A DNA stretch of 64,000 nt from Lytechinus pictus (Eukaryota), in NCBI RefSeq assembly GCF_037042905.1, contig NC_087250.1, forward strand, positions 24,740,001 through 24,804,000, in the 5' to 3' direction. Made by a program: the position numbers and the translations under genes. The notes under the pieces were generated by a model. That model was not told the DNA's origin and made no database searches. It was given only the letters and a program-made list of their open reading frames with translations. Below are positions 12,722 to 23,530 of this stretch, one piece after another; position 1 is the first letter of the stretch, and each line of letters opens with the position of its first letter.

Positions 12722-14553
12722 AGATGGGCGGGAAGCTTGCTGCCAGCCAGATCTGCGCCTGGTGCTAACCTGCGAAACCTGTCCATCTGAAAACGAGAGA
12801 GGGCATCAGCCTTTTCATTGCGAGAGCCTGGCACGTAACGTGCTTTGAACATAATATTATGTTCCAAACAAAGAACTACAAGCAAACGAACCAGTTTCAT
12901 TACACTAGGACATTTCGAAGTTAAGGAATTAACAACATGAACAACTGTTTGATTATCTGACCAAAATAAGACCTTAGAATTAGCTAGAAGAGCCCCCCAC
13001 ATACGTATACCGACTACTATTGGGAAAAGCTCTAGAAAAGCGATGGAATAATTCTTCTCCAGTATTTCAGCTGGCCATTTCCCTTGAGCCCACTTATCCT
13101 GGAAGGATATACCAAAGCCAATGCTACCCGCAGCGTCAGTAAAGAACTGAAAATGAGCATTAGTTACCCATGTTGAGTGTGAAAACATAACTGTGCCATT
13201 GAAATCGGACAGAAACGTAAGCCAGGCCTGCATGTCCTCTTTTGCGCCGCGTGAAAGCCTTATCCGGTGGTTTGAGGTGCGGACCCCTTTAGTAAGATCG
13301 ATAAGTCTCCTTAGGAAGGCTCTTCCGGGAGCCACGGCTTTACACACGAAATTAAGGCTGCCAATTAGCGACTGCAACTGCCGCAACGAGAGCTTATCTT
13401 TCTTAACAAAATCAATGAGCATTGCCTGTAACACGTTTACTTTCTCCTTGGGTACCCGAACTCTCTGCTCAGCCGCGTCGATTTCAAGCCCTACAAATAT
13501 GATAGTGGGAACGGGCCCCTCAGTCTTCTCCTCCGCTATCGGGACGCCAAAAACCTCGCACATCGCCTTAAAATGATACATCAAGGAACGACATTCCTGC
13601 CGTGTTGCGCCAACAAAAAAGAAATCATCCAAATAATGCAAAATTTGCTCTGAATTCGCAATTTCACGGCAACATGACTCAAGAAAAGTGCTAAAACGCT
13701 CAAAATGGGCACATGAAATTGAGCAGCCCATTGGCAAGCATTTATCAAAGTAATACGCGCCATCAATGCAAAACCCCAGAAGGTCAAAATCGGAGGGATT
13801 CACTGGTAGTAAGCGAAAAGCGGATTTTATATCGGTTTTTCCCATGAGAGCACTAGCTCCCAAGCGAGCAACGAGATCAACCGCCTTGTCAAATGAAGTG
13901 TAATTCACGGAACACAAATCGGAATCAATGTGGTCATTAACCGAAGCCCCCCGAGGAGAAGATAGATGCTGAATTAGACGGAATTCTCCCGGATTTCGCT
14001 TGGGGACGAGCCCTACCGGGGAGCAGCGAAAGTTATCGAAAGGCGGGTCTTGGAAAGGACCCGACATTCTCCCTAAACTAACTTCCTTACCAACTTTCTC
14101 CAACAGCATGTCCCTATGCTCCCTAGCAGATTTCAAATTACGCGAGAACACAGAGCGACGCTCGCCTGTGAAACCCAATGAAAAACCCAACCTAAAACCA
14201 GAAATCAGAAAAGCTGCATTATGTTGATTATGGTGCCGTCTAAGAAATGGGAGCATGCTGCCAAGTTTAATTGGAGTTGGAGCTAGGCTTCTGTTTGGCG
14301 ATTGCAGCGGCAGAGTTGCAGGCGTGTGAGCCATGCGCTGCTGAGGAGCATTTTCCGCACCGGTGAGCATAACGACAGGCGGTGCGTTGGCATGACCCAG
14401 CGTTAAAGGCGAAACAGACTGGTGAGGAGCGGAAGGGGGCAGGCGCGGCGCCAGGGGCCCGAATTGCCCCTTGTCTGTTGGCATATCCTGAGGATGGGAA
14501 ACTACCCCGCCGAAACGACCGGTCGTATGGCCGAAAGGGCTGGTTACCCCCAA
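12703..14553 (-). CDS. Reverse transcriptase-RNase H (copy 2)
   Basis: YLDD and RNase H acidic residues present. Overlaps the 3' end of gag in another frame; true start uncertain. Confidence 0.93.
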   Translation of the reverse strand: MGVTSPFGHTTGRFGGVVSHPQDMPTDKGQFGPLAPRLPPSAPHQSVSPLTLGHANAPPVVMLTGAENAPQQRMAHTPATLPLQSPNRSLAPTPIKLGSMLPFLRRHHNQHNAAFLISGFRLGFSLGFTGERRSVFSRNLKSAREHRDMLLEKVGKEVSLGRMSGPFQDPPFDNFRCSPVGLVPKRNPGEFRLIQHLSSPRGASVNDHIDSDLCSVNYTSFDKAVDLVARLGASALMGKTDIKSAFRLLPVNPSDFDLLGFCIDGAYYFDKCLPMGCSISCAHFERFSTFLESCCREIANSEQILHYLDDFFFVGATRQECRSLMYHFKAMCEVFGVPIAEEKTEGPVPTIIFVGLEIDAAEQRVRVPKEKVNVLQAMLIDFVKKDKLSLRQLQSLIGSLNFVCKAVAPGRAFLRRLIDLTKGVRTSNHRIRLSRGAKEDMQAWLTFLSDFNGTVMFSHSTWVTNAHFQFFTDAAGSIGFGISFQDKWAQGKWPAEILEKNYSIAFLELFPIVVGIRMWGALLANSKVLFWSDNQTVVHVVNSLTSKCPSVMKLVRLLVVLCLEHNIMFKARYVPGSRNEKADALSRFQMDRFRRLAPGADLAGSKLPAHLWSSFI

Positions 14554-15376
14554 AAGACGAAAACGCTGCTCGACCGGGCGTCGAAGCTACTGTCAGCCAT
14601 AGCTCGGTGTCTATGACAGCCCAGGAACGATGTGGATGACAGGCCTGACGTAACCGAAATTGAATGTCATAGGCCCGACAATTGAAACCCCCAAAACGCA
14701 CAATAGAGCGAACGATATCCATATACTTGAGGAGCTCGCGCGCACGCATACAGTGTCGCTCCAAGTATATAGACGCGTAAATAATGAACGCAGATGTCCA
14801 CTGTTCTATGCTGGCGATCACCGGAGCCTTGCTTTGGGGGCGAAGCATTAAAGCGGACCCGGTGGCACAAAGGCTGAAGGCCTGCAACTGGGAACTTTCC
14901 TCACTTAAGCTTTCCCTTTTTAGTAATCCACCTAACTCTACAAATTCACCTTTCCAAATCTTCTCCTTAACACTGGAAGGCACCTCCCCGCCCAAATCAT
15001 CACACACACAGCTAAGCATATCTGGCTGCGCAGACAGCGTAGGAAAAGGAGGGTTGGGGGCTGGTGTAAAATTATCATGACTATTAAGCCCCTCAACTAC
15101 ATGGGCAGGAGGGATAGAAGGAGAAGCTTGGGATTGAATTTGGGGAATGACCGGATCTTGTGGAGAAGTCACAAGAGGCCAGGAGCCCCCCATTGTCCCG
15201 AACTCACCGTTGGTTGTCGACGCCGAACTTCCAGCAGCTGGGCTCTGCGTAGAAGTAAAAACTTGGCCGACGTCTGTCTCGAGGTCGACAGGAGAAGGCT
15301 GGCTGGCGGCATCTCGGACCGAACGACGAGTAGACTTCCTCTGACTTAACTTTTTGCCTGGCTTAACCTTGGGCAT
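14267..15376 (-). CDS. Gag-like ORF1 with a C-terminal Cys/His zinc-finger region
   Basis: Likely start MPKVKPGKK at 15376 (frame is open to 15619). KEKIWKGEFVEL, YDIQFR and CFAFNAGSC..C..AHRC..C...H....C resemble Ngaro-group gag. Confidence 0.82.
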   Translation of the reverse strand: MPKVKPGKKLSQRKSTRRSVRDAASQPSPVDLETDVGQVFTSTQSPAAGSSASTTNGEFGTMGGSWPLVTSPQDPVIPQIQSQASPSIPPAHVVEGLNSHDNFTPAPNPPFPTLSAQPDMLSCVCDDLGGEVPSSVKEKIWKGEFVELGGLLKRESLSEESSQLQAFSLCATGSALMLRPQSKAPVIASIEQWTSAFIIYASIYLERHCMRARELLKYMDIVRSIVRFGGFNCRAYDIQFRLRQACHPHRSWAVIDTELWLTVASTPGRAAFSSFGGNQPFRPYDRSFRRGSFPSSGYANRQGAIRAPGAAPAPFRSSPVCFAFNAGSCQRTACRYAHRCGKCSSAAHGSHACNSAAAIAKQKPSSNSN

Positions 15377-15737
15377 GATTGAATAATGCAGGGGTGGCGA
15401 AATTGAAAAGTCCTTAGAGCAAACTGTGACTCCTAACAGCTCAAAAGTCCAACAAACGGATATAACACAAATATACAGGTATGTTCCTAGATAAAAGAAT
15501 AAATTCTCAACTGCGAAGCGTTCTTTAAGATATATGAATGGGTAAAAAAGACAATTAGAAGGATCACAACTAAAGAGTTCAACGAAATATAACAAAAATA
15601 CAGGAAGTATGTTGCACAAGACAGGTGAATTGAGATGGAAGATGCTTTCAAATCGACTCCACGAAGAAGAATGCTAACTTGTTAGAAATTGGCTTTTGCC
15701 CCCTCCCGAAATTACCACGTCAGCTAACGCGACGTAG

Positions 15738-15853
15738 CATTTTTAGCCACGCCTCCTTGTAATGTCCGAAAATACCAAAATTCGCAACGCAACATTTTTT
15801 GGCCACGCCTCCTCGTGAAGTCCGACAAAATACCATATTTGGCATCGCAACAT
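15738..15853. repeat. Imperfect ~57-bp tandem duplication in the element's 5' leader
   Basis: Two units of CATTTTT..GCCACGCCTCCT..GTCCGA..AATACCA..CGCAACAT. Confidence 0.65.
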
Positions 15854-17581
15854 ATCTCCGCCAGGGCAAAGGAATTCGCCTGACCAGGCTCCTTCCTTGT
15901 AAAACACCTGTTACGTACCGCTGGCGGGCTATGTTGTTGTCCAGCTAGTCTGACCTGAGATAACCTCTCATTAACTCGCTTCGCGCGTTAAGAGGTATTA
16001 ATTACACATTTTCCCGAATTTTTGTAGGAAAATTGCCAGTATTTGAATCTTTTACCTGACGTTTTTCAGCAAAAACCTTCAAGAAAGAATTTTCAAGTAA
16101 ATATCGAAGTCTTACACAATTAATATATGGATATTAAAAATTCTTGACGGAAAATATTATGTGAAGTGTTTAGAAATTTGCAGAGATTTTGCAAACATTT
16201 ACCCCAAAAAAATTATACTTAATTCTTTTATCAAATACATCACTGATGAGTATTGAAGTGAATGCTGTGAAATTGTAGCATTCTGAAACTTCTCATTAAA
16301 AATTATTGAAATTAGCAGAAATTTTGAATGAAAATACTAAAGATATTTTATTTTTCAGAAAGTATCACCTATAAATTTTCAAGTATTCTGTGAAAATTCA
16401 TTCCCAATGATGTTGTAAAAATTCTTGATTGAAATCATTAAAAAAAATTGCTGACAGTACAAAGAATAAAAAAAAAGATTTTGCATAAAAACATTAAAGT
16501 ACTGTCGATTAAAATTAGCTGCTGTGAAAATTAGGGCGCCTTTCATTGCGTTATTTTGGAAAACCAATTTTGGTAAAATCGTATGAAGATTTTGAGGAGA
16601 TTTTAAGGCGTTTTATGTGCTCATTAGTTCATTTCGTATTTTCCGTTTCGCATTATCACCACCATCATTATAATCATCCGCGATTGTCATCACCACATTA
16701 ATAATCACATTTAGCAATGGTCAAAATTTATTCCTATGATGTCTATGATGAAGATTATCAATCATATCTAGAAGATTCATTCCATACATATTAGCCGACA
16801 CTGAATGAAAAATCATGACAGACAACCTAATTCGTCCGCATGACGAATTAAAATCTAGTTATTATTATTATTTATGGATATTTAGAGACGCCAAAACAAA
16901 AAGTACCATAAGCATAGGCGGATCCAGGGGCGGGGGCTCGCCCCCCCCCCCTATTGGCGGGGCAAAAAAAAGGGGAAGAAAGAACAAAAAATAAGGGAAA
17001 AGATAAAAAAGAAGGGAAAAGAGAGGGGGAAAATGAAGGGGAAACATAAGAAGAGGAAGAGGAGTGAATAAAATAAAAATTTTCATATCACTATAAAAGA
17101 AAATTGCGCTCGCATTGCCTGTTAGATGATTTACATATCTTGAATAATATGGAGCTCAAAATGTATTTTGAAATCAACATAAATAAAAAAAATATTTCAG
17201 CTCGGAAATCGGACTTTCATTATTTTGCTTGATTTACAAATTGATTTTTAAAATGTGTTCTGTAAAAATTATGTTTTATGATCTGAATATTAAAATTTCG
17301 GCTCGCAATTTGCGCTCGCATTGATTGTTGAAAATACATGTATATTAACTCATGCATCTAAACTGCTTTAAATGTCCAGTTTTCAGGCCATAATATTTAC
17401 AGATTTCGTATTCTCATATTACGTATATTAGTTTAATAAATAAGATATTAATTTAATAATCAAATTATCATTTTTTTTTCAGAATGGACTATCGACAAGT
17501 TTCATCTTGCGCTTAGGAAGAGAAATGGGAAGACATAATCATCATTTTCATTTGATGACATGATGTTCTTAGAATGTCCAG

Positions 17582-17740
17582 GTGGGTGTTTCATAAAGCT
17601 GTTCGTAAGATAAGAACGACTGGTGATCCTTTCTTATGGAAAATGATATATTCATTGGCGATGGTTTAGCGCGTAAGAAAGGATCACCAGTCGTTCTCTA
17701 AGTCGCTCTTAACTTGCGAACAGCTTTATGAAACGGCCCC
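17582..17740. mobile_element. Short palindromic MITE (PIF/Harbinger-like)
   Basis: GTTTCATAAAGCTGTTCG ... CGAACAGCTTTATGAAAC inverted arms. Confidence 0.6.
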
Positions 17741-17784
17741 CTGGTCCTATGTCAAGACTCAATGTAATAATAATGAAACATATA

Positions 17785-18198
17785 GGCCCGAATTCACAAA
17801 GGTGGTTTTGAAAACCCACTGTTGAGTCCATGGTTTATGCATATTTCCTGTATAAATTACGCTTAATTTAGCGCGTATTTGGCGCGTGTATTAAAAATTG
17901 TCCAATTCTGATGCGCGCTTTTGTCACAGTGCGCCATATTGACGCCTGTTGCCATGGTTATCCATGCTATTTTATTCATGAGTCCACTCTTCAGAGAGTG
18001 GAATCGTGAATAAAATAGCGTATCTAACCATGGTAACAGGCGTCAATATGGCGCACTGTGACAAAAGCGCGCATCAGAATTGGACATTTTTTATACACGC
18101 CCCAGATACGCTCTAACTGAACGTAATTTATACAGGAAATCTGCATAAACCATGGACTCAACAGTGGGTTTTCAAAACCACCTTTGTGGATTCGGGCC
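17785..18198. mobile_element. 414-bp near-perfect palindromic MITE (PIF/Harbinger-like)
   Basis: GGCCCGAATTCACAAAGGTGG ... CCACCTTTGTGGATTCGGGCC; the two halves are reverse complements; ATA on both flanks. Confidence 0.8.
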
Positions 18199-21100
18199 AT
18201 AAGGTCTTTTTTTGTTAATGTGATCCATATTCACCAAAAAATTTTCCTACAAAGTGCTTGAAATACAGAGCTTAAATTGACCCTTCTCAGATCGGAATAT
18301 CAAACATTTTAAGCTTACGCTTCTCGCTCACTTTATTGATTTTCATAGTAAAAAAAAAAGGCATTTAGAATGCCCACTTAGATTCTATGTCGAAATCTGA
18401 GACATGCGCGCATGTTTATTCAGATATGCAGCTTGTTCCCTACTTAAATCATTATCCAGTTTCATATCACAATATTAAAAAAATTCTCCTCGTACTTTGC
18501 GCTCGCAATATTAATGTAGGAAGATTTCCAATTATTCATCCTTTTCACGATTTACAAATCATGAATAGAATCTCGAATTTTTCCGCTCGCGCTCGCATCA
18601 ATATTGTTTAGTTACATACTTATCCTTTTCATGATTACAAAAAGTGCTTAGAATTTCCATTCTTCAGGTAGAAGTTACCAAATTTTCATTATTTATTTGA
18701 TTGTTAATATATGTAACGTCTTCAGGGCTAACTACAAGCAATCGTTAATAGATCCATTTTTGATCAGGTAAAAACGTGTATATAAAAATTCTGCTCGCGC
18801 TTTGCGATAGCTGTAATAGTTGGATACACATCTCGTTTAGGATCACAAACATTGCCCAGAATGTTTAAATTTTAGGACAAAATACAGGATATACCAAAAA
18901 ATAATAATAGCTCGCGCTTCGCGCTCGCACTATTTAGATAAGGCTTATGATATTTTTATATATTTATGTTGAATCACAAGAACAAAGCTTAGAAGTGACC
19001 CTTTTAAAGCAATAAACAAAAATCAACTTCGAGCGACCAATTGGCGATAAATGTGGCTGAAAAAAAATCCGCCTCCCCCCCCCTATTAACGAAGGCTGGA
19101 TCCACCCCTGTGTCACTATATAAGATTTTTGCTCGCGCTTCGCACTCACACTGTTAGGAGATTTACATAACTTGTTCAATATGGAGCTTAAATATCAAGT
19201 TTGAAAGTCAATATATACAAAACATAATTAGTTCACCTCGGAAAATAAATTTTCATTATTTTGTGTGATTTACTAATTGATTTTAATAAAGTGCTCTGTA
19301 AAAATGTCAGTTTTATGGTCTGAATATTAAAGTTGTCTGTTCGCGCTGCGCGCTTGAAAATTTGATTTATCAGGTACTTATTATTTTTGTGTATTCCATA
19401 AAGTTTTCAAAATATCCCTTTTCAGGTCTGATTATCAAAACGTATCAGCTAGCTCTGCACGCTCGCATTTTGATTGGCGAGTTATGTATGTGTCAATATT
19501 GATTACACAACAAACTACTTAAAATCCTTTCTTCATGACAGTATATCAAAAATTTCGGCTCGCGATTTGCACTCGCATTTATTCCGCGCCCTCGATTATG
19601 CATTAACAAATAAGATATCAATTTAATAATTAGATTGTGCATGTTGTTTCATCTCGCGCTGAGCAAGAGGAAAAGGAAGATAGTAATCATTATCATATGA
19701 TGGCATGTCCTAAGGATGTCCCGGTCCTATGTCAAAAATCAAAGTAATAATAATGAAAAATATCAGCTCATCATTAAGTGTGATCCAGATATCCACCTCA
19801 CAATTTTTCTACAAATTGCTTGCAATATAGAGCTGAAATTGACTCTCAAGTTTGAGATCGGAATACCAAAAATTTTCAGCTTGCGCTTTGCGCTCGCATT
19901 ACTTGATTATTGATATATTTAATGTCTTCCTGCCTAAGTGCAAGCAGTCCAGACATGTATGGCCTGCCTTTTCAAATAGTTCAAAACGTATATAAATTTT
20001 TCTGCTCGCGCTTTGCGCTCGCATTATTGATGTAAGGAAGATCCTAAATTACTCATCCTTTTTCAAGAAATGAATAGAGTGTGTCGTTGTTAGGTCTAAA
20101 TCTCGGAATTTTGGGCTCGCGCTTCGCGCTCGCATCAATTGTTAAGTTATATACCAATTACTCATCCGTTTCATTATTTCCAAAAAGTGCATAGAATCTC
20201 CAATCTTTAGGTTAAAGTGTCAAAAATTTTCAGCTCGCGCATGGCGCTCGCATTATTTGATTGTTGACCTATGTAATTTCTTAATGGCTAATTGCAAGCA
20301 GTAGGTAGCCTACCTTTTCGATCAGTTCAAAACGTCTATCAAACAATTCTGTTCGCGTTCGTAGTATAGTTGCATACACGTCTTTTTCAGAATAACAAAC
20401 ATTGCCTAGAATGTCCAAACTTAAGGAAAAATATACATAAAATTTATGTAAACAAGGATTATGATATCATACATTGTTATATATAAGAAAAATTGTAAAA
20501 GTAATTACATTCATTTATTTAGTTATCTTCTCTTTAAGGATATTCATGGCATGGAATGATAAAGAACATTCCATGATGTTTTTGTAAAATGTTATTCAGG
20601 TCTCTCGCCTGCATGAAGGCCAAGGATTTTTTTAATTTCTGAATAGAGATTGCTTTACAATAGACTTGTGTTGGTAGTGGAAATGAACAATAGGCTAAAA
20701 GCTATTTTGTTGACACTGTTGATTTCAATGAGGTCATTCAACGTGTTAAAGAGTGTTAATGTAGACTGCTCTAGAAATGGGAAGAATTTTATTTTTGTAG
20801 ACAATACTAGAAAATTCCAGAATAGTGAATAGTAGGAGTTTCTAGAATAGTGAATAATTTGTATATAAGCTGGCAGTATCATATCATATCATATCACATT
20901 AGATCTCATCAGATCATATCAGATCAGATCAGAGCTAAGAGTTTCACGCCAGAATTTAGGTCAGAGCAGACTTTATTTCCACCTGGAATATTTATCTTCT
21001 GTGGAATTATTTGCACGCTATCAATGAACTGTTTGCAGTTATTTTGAGAGAGAAATTGTCAGTTCTCATCGAGATCATCAACCTGTTTAATAAACACTCT

Positions 21101-22206
21101 TCAACCAATGGATTGCTGAAATTGACTGTTAATCATCATCAACATCGTCTTCACAGACATTTCAAACTCATCACAGTCACTCTTGTTATTCATCGTGCTT
21201 CAACATCAGTTACATCATCGCCATCATTGTGAACTTTAATTTAAGGAATCTTCGCCGGTTCCATGACAATTGCTCCGCCGACAATTGCTACGCAAAATAC
21301 GACAACTGCTCCGCCGACAATTGCTCCGGACAGTTGCTCCGCCGAAAGTTGCTCCGTCGACACTTGCTCCGCCGATATTTGCTCCGTCGACACTTGCTCC
21401 GCCGATATTTGCTCCGCCGATATTTGCTCCGCCGATATTTGCTCTGTCGATATCTGCTCCGATTATACGACAATTGCTCCGCCGATATTTGCTCCGCCGA
21501 AAATTGCTCCGATTTTACGACAATTGCTCCGCGACAATTGCTCCGCCGATATTTTCTCCGCCGAAAATTGCTCCGATTATACGACAATTGCATGAACATC
21601 TTATTTCTCCAATGATACAAATTGCTTGTTGTTGTTTTGTTCTTGTTAAACGTTAATGTTTTATTCATCTCATTCTCCCCCTATCATCACAGCTCCCTGC
21701 TGCTGCCACTTGACAAATTGTAACGGAGAAGGGGAATGACACACTCCTCATTGAAATTGTGAATCTGGATTTTTGTTCATATATCATTATCATTGGTTTC
21801 ACTCCGGTCTTGAGCGGGGAGAGAATTTGGGGGGGGGGTGCTGGACACAATATCTCTTCTATTTTCAAGCAACTTATACACCATACATTCGCGCGGGCTC
21901 TCTCTCTCTTTTTCTCGTTTTGTTCTTTCACGTTGTTTATTTTCATTGGTGACTGCTTGATTTATTGTATATTTATCAGCATTATAATTATACATATTTT
22001 TATCAATAATTTTTATTTACGTCTTGGGCCAATTACCCTTGCACCATTTTTCTTTCAATTTGTTTCAAACGAAAGTATGATCATCACTGGCGTACAGATG
22101 GGGGAGGGGCGTGCTAGGGGCCACGGATCCCCCCCCCCCATTCTCCCTACCAATGAAAAAAAAGAATAAAGGAAAGGAAAATAAATGTGGTGAGTTACTA
22201 GCGTTG

Positions 22207-22520
22207 TGGAGCGTTGTGGCCCAGTGGATTAGTCTTCTGACTTTGAAACAGAGGGTCGTGGGTTCGAATCCCAGCCGTGGCGTAATTTCCTTCAGCAAGA
22301 AATTCATCCACATTGTGCTGCACTCTACCCAGGTGAGGTGAATGGGTACCTGGCAGGAATTGATTCCTTGAAATGCGTGTGCGCTGTAATCTTAGTAATT
22401 ACGGTTGCCAAGCTACAGCTGGGGTAATAATATCCAAGTCCTTTGGAAGCACATAGAGACATTATTCATAATGTGATATGCGCTATACAATAACTGTTTA
22501 TTATCATTATTATTATTATT
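22207..22520 (+). mobile_element. tRNA-derived SINE
   Basis: A box TGGCCCAGTGG, B box GGTTCGAATCCC, LINE-like GCGCTAT...(ATT)n tail. Same family at 32761. Confidence 0.75.
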
Positions 22521-23074
22521 ACTATAAAACTACACTTCGGTTGTATTTTTGTTCTATTCTGTGCAATAGCGACAATATAAACATATTTTAATAACTGAAT
22601 ATGTATCTCCCTCATTACGTCTAAACAAATATTGTTATTTCTAAAAGACAATAATATATATACCAGTAATAATACAGTTACAAATTCATGAAACCCAATA
22701 CGCATCTAACTGAATTTATAATGCGAGCACGAAGCGCGAGCTGTTATTGACTTGGAAAGGGGACATTTATACGTTTTTTTTTCAATTGTAAACATGAAGC
22801 ATATATCTTGGGGGGGGGGATATCTCGTAAAAGAAATGAGAGCGCGATGCGCTAATTTAATATTTTTGAGTTTATTTACCAGAAAAGGGACATTTTGAGA
22901 TCGTGAACTTGAGACATATTCAAGGAGTGGACCAAGCTTTCGCCACTAGGGTTGGGGGGGGGGGGTGGAAAAAAATTTTCATCCTTATTTTCGCCGATCA
23001 GCCGCTAAAAGCGGAGTTTTATTATTTTGTTTAAGGGTTAGTCCTAACTAAAGACTAAAGTTTAAAGTGGAACC

Positions 23075-23530
23075 GTCGTGGTGTGGTGTAGCAGTTCTGA
23101 CTCTTGGCTTGTACTTAAACGGTCGTGTTTTCGAATCCCACCTTAGTGTAGCATCCTTTGGCAAGTCGTTAATCAACACTTTGCCATTCTCAACCATATC
23201 AACCCTGGTGCTAAATTGTAAGATGTGAAAGTTACTGTAGCTTGTCCTGCATGTCCTGCATTGTGTGCGCCTCATCGCCGGTGACAGGCTGGGATACTCC
23301 CCACTTCCCCAGGGAGTGGAGGATGTGCATACGTTGTGTGCGGGAATAGCTGATTAAAATGATGACCGGGGTGATAAATATGTAAGCGCTTAGATACATA
23401 CAATGTCTTATGCGCATTATAGATAACCAGATGATTGTTATTGTCATTATTATTTTTATTATTATTATTATTACTATTTTCATCAAAATTACTATTATCA
23501 TTATTGTTATAAGTAGTAGTAGTATTATTT
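23075..23530 (+). mobile_element. Degenerate tRNA-derived SINE with (ATT)n tail
   Basis: TGGTGTAGCAG..TTCGAATCCC head, AAGCGCTTAGA..GCGCATTATA tail, then microsatellite. Confidence 0.5.

Larger units (their letters stand above)
8933..16012 (-). mobile_element. Ngaro/DIRS-group YR retrotransposon, copy 2, apparently full length
   Basis: gag, pol and YR ORFs are all open. 3' end set by where identity with copy 1 stops. 5' end inferred from complementarity with the 3' end and from ACATTTT at 8932-8938 and 16006-16012. Confidence 0.8.

Noticed and set aside
21257..21590. CRISPR-like array
   Set aside because: Contiguous tandem units with no unique spacers, no cas genes, eukaryotic context.
21229..21668. 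Repetitive ORFs (ADICS, IAPP, LLRR) here and at 26546-27206
   Set aside because: Open frames are a by-product of a stop-free 15-bp repeat that forms transposon arms; not genes.
22207..22280. tRNA gene (TTG loop), also at 32761
   Set aside because: Acceptor stem is poor and the head continues into a shared SINE body and tail.
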